Shown: piece after piece, positions 25,940-34,689 of the stretch
How positions within the stretch are numbered: the stretch's first letter is position 1
How the letters are laid out: the number at the start of each line of letters is the position of its first letter
Translations under genes and position numbers: made by a program
Notes under the pieces: generated by a model
Told to the model about the DNA's origin: nothing
What the model saw: the letters and a program-made list of their open reading frames with translations, nothing else
Database searches by the model: none
DNA from: Candidatus Woesebacteria bacterium
GTDB lineage: Bacteria; Patescibacteriota; Microgenomatia; UBA8517
Assembly (NCBI GenBank): GCA_016926185.1
Contig: JAFGPD010000042.1
Coordinates: 1,985-65,984 of the forward strand
Length of the DNA: 64,000 bases
Reading direction: 5' to 3'

Positions 25940-25966
25940 TTAGCACTCAAACCTCTCAACTGCTAA
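25940..25966. promoter_or_regulatory. CIRCE-like inverted repeat upstream of hsp20
   Basis: TTAGCACTC-aaacctctc-AACTGCTAA has a perfect left half-site and 2 mismatches in the right half-site. It lies ~160 nt upstream of the hsp20 start. Confidence 0.35.
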
Positions 25967-26057
25967 TTTATATTAATGGGGGAGAGCAATATTGTCAAGG
26001 GTATTTATTGGATATTTGGTTTGACGCTAAGTTAAGCCTTTGGTAAACTCTTAAGTC

Positions 26058-26981
26058 GTGAACAAACTCAAGTATATATTTTTGGGGATAATTTTGACCG
26101 CACTGATAATTGCCGCAGTATTGTATCTGGTTGGCTACTTTAATCCAAAAAGTGCAGGTTTATACATTGAAACGATACCAAACGCTTCTGTTTATGTAGG
26201 CGGTGAAGAGGTTGGAAGAACACCCTACAAAGCAACAAGTGACCCTGGAAATGTGACAATTAAATTGGTGCCTGAGTCGTTTGAAATACCTCTTGCTCCT
26301 TATGAAACAAAAGTTAACTTGGTGTCTGGAGTAGAAACTATATTAACAAGAGAGTTCGGTCAGACTAATGATCTTTCTGCTGGCGAGGTCTTGTCTTTTG
26401 AACGGGTTGAAGAAAGTCAAACCGGTCTTTCAGTTATTACCAATCCCGACTCGTCTCAAGTTATTATAGATGGTACTGTCAGGGGTTTTTCACCCTACAC
26501 AACAACCTCATTGCCTGAAGGAGAGCATATTTTAGAGATAAAAAGAGAAGGCTATGTGGGCAGAAATATGAATATAAATATCCGATCGGCTTATAAATTG
26601 ACCGCTGTTGTAAGTTTAGCACCGTCTTCGGAGGAATTAACTCAGGAAAATGAAAAAGACAAAGAAAGTTTGTTGTTGGAAAATGAAGAAAAAGAACCTG
26701 TTGCCAAGGTTACGATCCTTGATACAGGAGTAGGTTTTCTTAGAGTTAGGAAGGAACCATCTACACTTGCTGATGAGGTTGGCCGGGTTATTCCCGGTCG
26801 TGATTATGTGCTTTTAGGAACGGACGAAGACACCGGTTGGTATAATATTGTCTATGAAGTTGACGTGACGAAAGAAGCTTCTTCTTCTGGCTGGATATCC
26901 AATACTTATGCTGAGATAGTTGAAGATAAGCTAGATACAGCAGACCCGGAAGCAAAAGGTCCGACACCGACCCCTTCGTAA
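26058..26981 (+). CDS. PEGA-domain surface protein with N-terminal membrane anchor
   Basis: TM (IFLGIILTALIIAAVLYLV). Repeated motifs VYVGGEEVGRTPYK and SLPEGEHILEIKREGY are typical of PEGA domains. Pro/Thr tail. GTG start. Confidence 0.6.
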   Translation: MNKLKYIFLGIILTALIIAAVLYLVGYFNPKSAGLYIETIPNASVYVGGEEVGRTPYKATSDPGNVTIKLVPESFEIPLAPYETKVNLVSGVETILTREFGQTNDLSAGEVLSFERVEESQTGLSVITNPDSSQVIIDGTVRGFSPYTTTSLPEGEHILEIKREGYVGRNMNINIRSAYKLTAVVSLAPSSEELTQENEKDKESLLLENEEKEPVAKVTILDTGVGFLRVRKEPSTLADEVGRVIPGRDYVLLGTDEDTGWYNIVYEVDVTKEASSSGWISNTYAEIVEDKLDTADPEAKGPTPTPS

Positions 26982-26983
26982 TA

Positions 26984-27919
26984 CTAAGGCATTGCGGATG
27001 CGTAGTATAAGATCGCGATTATGGAAATAAGCCAGATACCTATTGATAAGACCAAAGGAATATCTGTCAAAAGGAGCTTTTCTGGCGCCTCACTTTTATC
27101 TTGAAAAATTATGCTTTCGTATCTCATGATCCCGAAAATAACTATTGGAATGGTTGCCATCATGAGTTTGCTGATTGTTGTTGTTCTTGAAATCTCTGCT
27201 AAAAATAGCCATACAGAAAGGTCAACCGGCGGGGATTCAAAAAATGTGAAGAGCGCCCAGCTCATCCATGCCGCATTTCCGAACATGGTGACATATGAGT
27301 CGATAAGTCTTTTTGAATATCTTGTTAAACTTTTCCTTGTTGAGCCTATCATTACTTTGGAAACTACTCCCAGCTCGGCTCTTCTTTTTCCTGAGGCAAG
27401 AAATAATGCTACCGAAATTACACAAAGAAGAAACCACACAGATAAATGTGCATTTATTACGAAAGCCCCAGCATACACTCTGATTATGAAGCCAGAGGCA
27501 ATGATAAGGATATCGATTATTGAAAGATTTTTTAAGCCTAGACTATAAAGGGCCTGTATTGCCAAGTAGCTTAACGTTGCTGTAAAGAAAAGAAAGTTAA
27601 GCTGTGAGGCTATGTAAAGTGACGTTGAGGCTAAAACAAAAGCTGTAAAATATGCCGTTGAAATATTTAGTTTCCCAGAAGCGATTGGTCTATATTTTTT
27701 TATCGGGTGAAGTCTGTCTCTTTTTGCATCAAGAATGTCATTGAAAATATATGTTGCTGATGTTGTTAGACTAAAGGAAACGAAAGCGATCAAAACAATG
27801 ATAACGTGTGGTTTGCTTAGAAGATTTCCACTGAAGATCAGTGCTGCAAAAAGTGCAAAGTTTTTTATCCAATGAGCGGGTCTTGCTGCTTTTATTAATT
27901 CGATCGGTAAGTTAGCCAT
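26984..27919 (-). CDS. UbiA-family polyprenyl-phosphate prenyl/phosphoribosyl transferase (DPPR-synthase-like)
   Basis: N-terminus LIKAARPAHWIKNFALFAALIFSGN. UbiA-type Asp-rich motifs (NDILDAKRDRLHP). 8-9 predicted TM helices. Confidence 0.7.
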   Translation of the reverse strand: MANLPIELIKAARPAHWIKNFALFAALIFSGNLLSKPHVIIVLIAFVSFSLTTSATYIFNDILDAKRDRLHPIKKYRPIASGKLNISTAYFTAFVLASTSLYIASQLNFLFFTATLSYLAIQALYSLGLKNLSIIDILIIASGFIIRVYAGAFVINAHLSVWFLLCVISVALFLASGKRRAELGVVSKVMIGSTRKSLTRYSKRLIDSYVTMFGNAAWMSWALFTFFESPPVDLSVWLFLAEISRTTTISKLMMATIPIVIFGIMRYESIIFQDKSEAPEKLLLTDIPLVLSIGIWLISIIAILYYASAMP

Positions 27920-28977
27920 AGTAAAAATCCTCCTAGAATGGTCGCTACTCCAACAATTGTATAAAACTTATATGATGCGTTCAAATTGAGTGCAAGAATT
28001 GCCAGGATAAAAGTTGCTACCCAGTACACGATCGTAACCTGACTTTTGGATAGTCCCAGGTCAAGCAGTTTGTGATGAAGATGTCCTCTGTCACCCCAAA
28101 CTGGAGATTTTCCTGAAGCCAATCTCCTTATTATTGTATAGCCGGTGTCAATCAAAGGTATGCCCAAAACAACAAGAAGAGTTCCGATCTTGGCTGTTGC
28201 CAATATTGACAAAATTGCCAAAAGGAATCCTGCCAGTGAGGATCCTGAAAAACCCGGCATTATCTTTTGGGGGTAATAGTTCCATGGTAGAAAACCTAAA
28301 AATGCACCTGCTGTAATGCTGGCCAAGATTATTACTGGCCACTGGGTTATGTCTGCTGAGTAGTTTATGGACAAGGCTGCTATTGTCACAGAGGCGAGAA
28401 AGGCAACTCCGGGTAGCTGGCCGTCCACACCCTTTGCTCCCATATTCAGAAAATTCATCAGGATCACTATCCAAAAAAGGGCGAAAATATCAGAAAATAT
28501 CCATATATTCCTTATCTGGCCAAAAAGCTTAAAAGTTATTTGAGGATGGGAGAGATCGGTATGGCCAATAAAGGGCAAGTTGGCAAAAGCGATGCCTACA
28601 CCGAAAGCTATTGGTATACCTGCTGCAAAAAATTGAATTAGAAGTCTTTTGTATGGGTTTAGATTGTGCTTGTCATCCAGAAGTCCCAGGATAGTAAGAA
28701 CAATAGCACCTAGAAGTATTCCTATTGTATGTTTATCTATCGGTAAAAATATAACTGAGGATACAAGCAGTGAAATAAATATTGAAAGACCACCTGCTCT
28801 TGGTACCGGATATGTATGAATTACTTTTGGGTGATTGCTTTTTTTTGGATCGTCGATAAGTCCGAATTTATTGGCAAATTTTATAACATACTTAGTAATC
28901 AAAAAAGAAACACAAGTTGAAAGAACCAGTGGAAGGAAAAACAGTTTTATAAAATTATGCATATTAATAACTGCCAA
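27895..28977 (-). CDS. WecA/TagO-family polyprenyl-phosphate GlcNAc-1-phosphate transferase (GT4 / MraY superfamily)
   Basis: LLDDKHNL (DDxxN/D), multiple TM helices, and a C-terminal WGDRGHLHHKLLDLGLS characteristic of WecA/TagO rather than MraY. Confidence 0.7.
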   Translation of the reverse strand: MAVINMHNFIKLFFLPLVLSTCVSFLITKYVIKFANKFGLIDDPKKSNHPKVIHTYPVPRAGGLSIFISLLVSSVIFLPIDKHTIGILLGAIVLTILGLLDDKHNLNPYKRLLIQFFAAGIPIAFGVGIAFANLPFIGHTDLSHPQITFKLFGQIRNIWIFSDIFALFWIVILMNFLNMGAKGVDGQLPGVAFLASVTIAALSINYSADITQWPVIILASITAGAFLGFLPWNYYPQKIMPGFSGSSLAGFLLAILSILATAKIGTLLVVLGIPLIDTGYTIIRRLASGKSPVWGDRGHLHHKLLDLGLSKSQVTIVYWVATFILAILALNLNASYKFYTIVGVATILGGFLLWLTYRSN

Positions 28978-29365
28978 CTAAAAAGAAAATCTTAACTGTA
29001 GTTATTGCAGATAAAAATGTAATTGCAAAACTCACTATTATCAATGTTTTTTTTATGAATTCGTCCCTGGAAAAATAGGTAATGAGTGAATTTATGACAA
29101 TTACCGCTATTGAAACGACTGCGGGCAGGTAAAGACCGCTTTTGTTTGTAAGCTGACTTTCTCCTTCAGGAAACCCGTAATATAAGGGTACCTCGGGAGG
29201 GATTTTTCCACGAAAGAAGAACAAAAAAAGCAAAACCAGTAGGTTTACGAAAAGCGAAATATATATAAGTTTTAGGAAAGGTAGATTTTTTCTAAGCTCT
29301 TCACCTGCTTTGTTAAGAGGTTTAGAACCGCCTTTTTTGTTTTGTTTTTTCATATTTCCAGTCAT
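28964..29365 (-). CDS. small membrane protein
   Basis: 133 aa with three predicted hydrophobic helices. Start overlaps the upstream gene. Confidence 0.35.
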   Translation of the reverse strand: MTGNMKKQNKKGGSKPLNKAGEELRKNLPFLKLIYISLFVNLLVLLFLFFFRGKIPPEVPLYYGFPEGESQLTNKSGLYLPAVVSIAVIVINSLITYFSRDEFIKKTLIIVSFAITFLSAITTVKIFFLVGSY

Positions 29366-29428
29366 GACTTAGCATAATTTTACCTTTTAAAGCTTATTAA
29401 GTCACGAAAACAGGATGAAGTTTGTTTT

Positions 29429-30979
29429 TTAAATAATTGAACGCAGCCTGTCTGATATGAGGATCCAAATTGTTGCTCCATTTACATCTTTGGTTAAAAT
29501 ATAATTTTTGGAAACAAGCTTGTCTAGTTCTGCAAAGCCGGGAGAGTTTGGTAGAATAACAATCACTTTTGGCATAGTTACTCTTATCTGTTTTATTATC
29601 TCTTCATGGGTTGAAAAGTCATTAATATGATAGTCGGCAACGAATTTTATTGGCGGAAGTCTTTTTGATAGTGCATAGATTGCACTACCGTCTCCCCAAA
29701 CCAACATTTTTTCGTTTTTATCAGTATTTGAGCTGACAAATTCAGCAATTTCGTAATTCCTTTCAACCTCTCCTCCAAAGGTTTTAATATACTGCTGTTT
29801 AGTGGTATTACCTGTGGCAAATTTGATAAATCTAACATAGTAATTGACAGTTGAGTAATGCCAGAAGTCAAAATATACGGGGACTAAAAAGGTTATGGTT
29901 AGGGGGATAATAACGAGAGATTGTTCCAAGTCCTTTTTGAAAACCAGCATGGCTGCAAGGATCGAAATTGGCGCAACCGATTGTAAAAGGTAGTGCGGAT
30001 ACGGTCTTTCGGAGAGGGTAACTGCGAAAAGTGTCAAGAAAAGCCAAGAGCTGACAAACATAAACTGTCTCGAGAGCTTTTTGCGATATATATATAAGAT
30101 TACATGAGCCAAAGCGACGATTGCCGCGCGTGTGAGGAGGGGTCCATTTCTGACAAGGAATGGTTCACGGATATCTCCCGGCCTCCAGCTTGAAAGGTAT
30201 CCAACATTTTGCAGAAAGGCTGCGACAAGATACTCATGGAAAGCACCGCGTAACCAGTACCACAACAAAGTCAGAAGTATTGGTACCATAAAACCCGTGA
30301 GCAGATAAGCGATCTTTTTGATGATATTTAAGAGGACTTTGCGTTCAGGTTTGGCAATCGCTACCCACAGAAAGATAATTGCAGCCAGGTCAAACATTGC
30401 CGGAACTTTGAAAAGTGTAGCAATTGAAAATAAAACTCCGGCTATCACTAGTTTTTTTGGTTTGAGTTTTTGTTTTTTAATTGTTGGCTTAAGAAGAGTT
30501 AAGAATGCGGCAATGGTAAATCCGATCATGAAATTTTCGGCATTGGCAATATGACCCTCTAGTCTGGGAATGGTTGTGTATATAGCAAAAATGACTGTTG
30601 CAAGCTTTTGAAGATTACTTTTTTTGGGGTAAAGCACCTCAACAAATTTCCAGAAAAGAAAGATTGTGACCAAACTCCAAGTTGCAAGTATTGCCTTAAA
30701 CCAAAGCAAGTTACCTGCTAAAGCTGCCGTTAAATATAGTAATGGGGGTTTGTTGTCATGGATCTGGCTATAAAGGGTCAAACCTTTTCTTACACCTTCA
30801 CCAAGGCTTAGATATATCATTTCATCGCCATAAGAATAAGGTTCAAAGAATGTTGGTATCCTTAGAACCAATACAATGGCCATTAAGATAAATAGCCAGT
30901 TAGGGGTGTGAAGGATTTTATTTACTTTTTTAACCATTTTTAGTTTTAGAAAAGTTCTCATTATTCTTTTTCCAGCCAC
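29429..30979 (-). CDS. ArnT/PMT-like (COG1807, GT39/GT83-type) membrane glycosyltransferase
   Basis: First extracytoplasmic loop carries YSYGDEMIYL (DE motif). About 12 TM helices. C-terminal soluble domain. Confidence 0.6.
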   Translation of the reverse strand: MAGKRIMRTFLKLKMVKKVNKILHTPNWLFILMAIVLVLRIPTFFEPYSYGDEMIYLSLGEGVRKGLTLYSQIHDNKPPLLYLTAALAGNLLWFKAILATWSLVTIFLFWKFVEVLYPKKSNLQKLATVIFAIYTTIPRLEGHIANAENFMIGFTIAAFLTLLKPTIKKQKLKPKKLVIAGVLFSIATLFKVPAMFDLAAIIFLWVAIAKPERKVLLNIIKKIAYLLTGFMVPILLTLLWYWLRGAFHEYLVAAFLQNVGYLSSWRPGDIREPFLVRNGPLLTRAAIVALAHVILYIYRKKLSRQFMFVSSWLFLTLFAVTLSERPYPHYLLQSVAPISILAAMLVFKKDLEQSLVIIPLTITFLVPVYFDFWHYSTVNYYVRFIKFATGNTTKQQYIKTFGGEVERNYEIAEFVSSNTDKNEKMLVWGDGSAIYALSKRLPPIKFVADYHINDFSTHEEIIKQIRVTMPKVIVILPNSPGFAELDKLVSKNYILTKDVNGATIWILISDRLRSII

Positions 30980-32340
30980 AAAAACTTAAGGCCTTTTTCT
31001 TCCCATCTTGCAGTCTTAATCTCAGTATATCCCGGAAGTTCTATCTCTTCAATTGGCCCGCTAGTTGTTACACCAACTCTTTTTGCATTTGACGGGATAC
31101 TTCTTAAAATGTCACGCTCTTCCATAAGTGCGGTTCCGACAAAGTAGGGAAGGTCTCCACCTTCTGGTATATATATAGGAGAATCAAATCCATAATATTT
31201 AGTTTCCCAAAGGTGATGTGCTGAAGAATTCCAATTTATTGTTATATCACCTTCTTGGCGGGTTTGGGAAACGTATTCTCCGAGCTGTCTGAAAGGAAGT
31301 TTTTTGGGGTGAGTGAAATAATGAAGATCTATCACAAAAAAAGAAACTATTGTGAGAAAAAGGGGAATGGTGGAAATGTATTTTCTTCTTCCCGAACCGA
31401 GGATGATCATTGCACCCGGGATAGTGTACAGAAGGTAACGATTATAGAATATTGACTGGAAAAATTGTGAAACACCATAAGTTATAAGTATCGGCCCCAA
31501 AAACCATAGCAATAAAAATATGTTTTTTTCAATTTGTCTGTGCCACTTTCTTATAGCCAAAGTCGTAATAACAAGATATAAGACAATGTCGTAAAATTTA
31601 ACTCCAAGTAGTGGAATGGTATAGCTTAAGCTTCTATTTCCTAGAGCTAAGTACTCTGAGATCAGATTTGTTAGAGCATCTGCATCTGGCGTTCCTAGCC
31701 AGAACCCTCCACCTACCATTTTAGTTTGGTTATACAAGGGAATTAGCCATGGCAGATAACCAATTGCCGTGATCAGAAAAAGCTTAAAGACCTTTTTGCT
31801 GGTGATCCTTTTGCCAAAAAGCATTTCTTTGATCCACCAAAGCCCCTGAACAAAAACAGCAAAGAAAGCAAAATGATGAGAATAAAGTGCCCAGAGTGTA
31901 AAGAAAACATAACCAATTTTTGTAAGTAAGCTGATTTCTTTGGGTCTGTAGTAAATTTTAAGGAAAAAATACATCGAAGCCGTAACGCCAAGTGCCATTA
32001 TAGAATACATCCTTCCCTCAAATGCATACATAAAAAAGAAAGGATTCAGAAATGTTAAAAGTGCGACTATAAACCCTGTTTTTTTGCTGTAAAAAAGTGT
32101 CCCGATTTTGTAAACAAAAAACACAGTAAGAATGAAATATAAAAAGGAAAGTCCTCTTATGTAAACCTCATCTGTTCCAAGTGTGTTAAAGACTATCCAT
32201 TCGGTGATGTTCCAAAGAGGAGGTGATGTGTCTGTTGCGATTATTTTTATTATTTGGGGGAGTGATTTCATTGAAAGGATCGCAGAAAAACCCTCATCAC
32301 CCCAAATAGATTGATTAAAGACAGTTTCTGCAGGCAACAT
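30961..32340 (-). CDS. ArnT/PMT-like (COG1807) membrane glycosyltransferase paralog
   Basis: SIWGDEGFS DE motif in the first loop. Polytopic membrane protein. Overlaps the next gene by 19 nt. Confidence 0.6.
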   Translation of the reverse strand: MLPAETVFNQSIWGDEGFSAILSMKSLPQIIKIIATDTSPPLWNITEWIVFNTLGTDEVYIRGLSFLYFILTVFFVYKIGTLFYSKKTGFIVALLTFLNPFFFMYAFEGRMYSIMALGVTASMYFFLKIYYRPKEISLLTKIGYVFFTLWALYSHHFAFFAVFVQGLWWIKEMLFGKRITSKKVFKLFLITAIGYLPWLIPLYNQTKMVGGGFWLGTPDADALTNLISEYLALGNRSLSYTIPLLGVKFYDIVLYLVITTLAIRKWHRQIEKNIFLLLWFLGPILITYGVSQFFQSIFYNRYLLYTIPGAMIILGSGRRKYISTIPLFLTIVSFFVIDLHYFTHPKKLPFRQLGEYVSQTRQEGDITINWNSSAHHLWETKYYGFDSPIYIPEGGDLPYFVGTALMEERDILRSIPSNAKRVGVTTSGPIEEIELPGYTEIKTARWEEKGLKFLWLEKE

Positions 32341-32476
32341 CCTGATATTAGTTTATCAGAGTGATGTGTGTTGTGTGAATATTTATTTTGGATAAGGTGA
32401 TATTTAGGCTTATAAAACCTTTTTTAGGACAAGTGTTTTGCGATTTATTGGTCAGTATCCTACGTTGTTATAAAAT

Positions 32477-33067
32477 ATGCTAAACATGAAGTACAAAAAT
32501 AAAAGTTATGGAAAAGATGAAATTGGAGGAGGCAGCTTTGAGGATGATGTTTTTGAACATTGCAGGTTTTCAGGACAGGATTTGAATTTTGTCTCCTTTT
32601 CGAGGTGTAAATTTAACACATGTGATCTTTCAGGATGCATTTTTAATATAACTTCTTTCTCGGAATGCGTGTTTCCAGGAAGCAAGTTAAGCAATTTAGA
32701 CTTTTCGGGAGTATCACTAAAAAGTTGTGATTTTTCGGAAAGTTTGATGAAAAATTGTATATTTCAGAAATTGAAAAATGGAAGCAAAAGCGTAAAAGCC
32801 AAATTGGATCTAAGAACTTGTTACTTTGAAAACGTCAGAATGGAAAGTTCGATATTTGTTTTGTCTAATTTGGAAAAAGTGAATTTTTCAGGAAGTGATC
32901 TTTCAGGTGTTGTTTTTGAGATGTGTGATCTAAGAAAAGCTGACTTCAGGGGATCAAGGCTTGACGGGATAAATTTTAGTGACTGCAAGCTTGAAGGTGC
33001 GATTTTAGATATTCAAGGGTTTTTAAGTTATGGTAAATCCAAAGGTTTCACTCTTGACAGCTCCTAG
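32477..33067 (+). CDS. pentapeptide-repeat protein
   Basis: Tandem A(D/N)LxG-like quintets: CRFSGQDLNFVSFSRCKFNTCDLSGCIFNITSFSEC... Confidence 0.7.
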   Translation: MLNMKYKNKSYGKDEIGGGSFEDDVFEHCRFSGQDLNFVSFSRCKFNTCDLSGCIFNITSFSECVFPGSKLSNLDFSGVSLKSCDFSESLMKNCIFQKLKNGSKSVKAKLDLRTCYFENVRMESSIFVLSNLEKVNFSGSDLSGVVFEMCDLRKADFRGSRLDGINFSDCKLEGAILDIQGFLSYGKSKGFTLDSS

Positions 33068-33081
33068 TTGCAAGATGTGTC

Positions 33082-34590
33082 TCAGACCTTGTCTGTAGTT
33101 TTATATTCTAATCTTTTACCAAACATGAGCATTGTTTGTGCGTGAAGCCCGGGCAATACACTCATTGGAAGAGTTATTAAAGGAAAAGTCACCCATTGCA
33201 AGACCTCTTTTATTGCCTTAAAGATAGTGTCAGGTTTTGCTTTTTTTGGGCGCAGCTTAAGATCAATTATTACCATGACAACCAAAGCGATGAGACAGAT
33301 CGTTAGGATCGACTCTGCCATTTTCGGTAAGTTGTAACCCAGAGAAGTTCTTGAGAATTCTGGATTAATCACTGCAGGTAGTGTTGCGCCTAAGGTCAGA
33401 AGAAACCAGTTAGTTGACCAAACCACGTGTGTTTCGATCAATTTATATACCCTCATAACCCTTTTAAGAGGAGGTATCTCGGGATGTCTGATCGACTCTT
33501 TAATTGCATAGGGTATGTCGCTTGCTCCCCAAGCGTGTCTCTTGCACTGTTTATATCTATTTTTCATTGTTCCAAGCCAGCTTTTAGATTCAGGAGCATC
33601 AATATGGGTTGGAATATAAATAGGATCAACCTGTACTTCACCTTTTGTATGAAAGAATGCCTGAAGGAAAAAATGCCAGTCTTCAGGAATAATGTCAGTA
33701 TGCCAGTAACCAGTTTCGTAAAGAAGTTCAAATGACATGCTGTAAACTGACTGGTTGAACACAAGTCTTGACGGTTCAAGTAGTTCGGAAATTTGTATAG
33801 CATGGCCGATAACACCAAGCATTTTTATTGGGAAAGGTATTTTGTGGAAATTGTTATACCAGAATAACGGTGATTGCCATATCTTTATATATCTTTTTTT
33901 ATCCATTGCAAATTGAAACCCTAGAGCTGCAAAGTAGTTAGGATGAAAAACGGTATCTGCATCACCTTTGGTAACTGTGAAATTTCCCAAATCGATGTTG
34001 AGTTTGTCCAAGTGTTTTTTAATTTGTTTTGCACCCCAGGTCTGATTAGAGGCGATGCCTCTAATTTCTCCGGGCAGGCCGTCTGGATGAAGAGTTGTAA
34101 AAAAGTATCCAAAACTTTTCCCGTAAATACTTTCAAGTTCTTTTGCTCTTTCTTTTGACCCTTCGGCTCTTTTTTCCAAAGTTACTATTACGTAAAGATT
34201 TTTGGTATCGATCTGTTTTTGATTCTTTAGAGAATCTAGTGGTTTTTTTAAGATTTTTACTGACTCATTATAAGTAGGTATTATTACAACGTGTTTTATA
34301 TCTTTCCAATTTTTAAACTTGGACTGATTTTTATTTTCTTCCCATCTTTTTTTCCAGTCAATTTTAGACCATTCCTTGACCATGAAATAGCCTATGATGC
34401 TAAAAAACGCCGCCTTGAATGACTTGAAAAACCAATAAACTATAAATACTAAAAGTGCATAAGCAACAATGTTTGGCATGAAAAGACCTCCAATTGCCGG
34501 AAGAAAGATTATTCCCCAAGCCAAAAGACCCGGGAATATTTCAAGAGCCCGTGTTACAAATTTTTCGTGTCTGTCAAGAAATTTTATCAT
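33082..34590 (-). CDS. membrane-bound family-2 glycosyltransferase (processive/synthase-like topology)
   Basis: N-terminal TMs, then a GT-A domain (VIIPTYNES ... TKGDADTV), then C-terminal TM helices. The topology resembles polysaccharide-synthase-type GT2 enzymes. Confidence 0.65.
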   Translation of the reverse strand: MIKFLDRHEKFVTRALEIFPGLLAWGIIFLPAIGGLFMPNIVAYALLVFIVYWFFKSFKAAFFSIIGYFMVKEWSKIDWKKRWEENKNQSKFKNWKDIKHVVIIPTYNESVKILKKPLDSLKNQKQIDTKNLYVIVTLEKRAEGSKERAKELESIYGKSFGYFFTTLHPDGLPGEIRGIASNQTWGAKQIKKHLDKLNIDLGNFTVTKGDADTVFHPNYFAALGFQFAMDKKRYIKIWQSPLFWYNNFHKIPFPIKMLGVIGHAIQISELLEPSRLVFNQSVYSMSFELLYETGYWHTDIIPEDWHFFLQAFFHTKGEVQVDPIYIPTHIDAPESKSWLGTMKNRYKQCKRHAWGASDIPYAIKESIRHPEIPPLKRVMRVYKLIETHVVWSTNWFLLTLGATLPAVINPEFSRTSLGYNLPKMAESILTICLIALVVMVIIDLKLRPKKAKPDTIFKAIKEVLQWVTFPLITLPMSVLPGLHAQTMLMFGKRLEYKTTDKV

Positions 34591-34689
34591 TTGATTAAGG
34601 AGATCAAGTCAAAGACAATGTCTATTATATCAAAGCAGGCTATAAACTATTATGACCAAAAGCGATGGGATAATTATTAAAGGGGTTTA

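Noticed and set aside
27895-28977. Calling this gene mraY
   Set aside because: The C-terminal GDRGHLHHKLLDLGLS signature and the genomic context (UbiA, ArnT-like GTs, no mur genes) fit a WecA/TagO-type GlcNAc-1-P transferase better than MraY.
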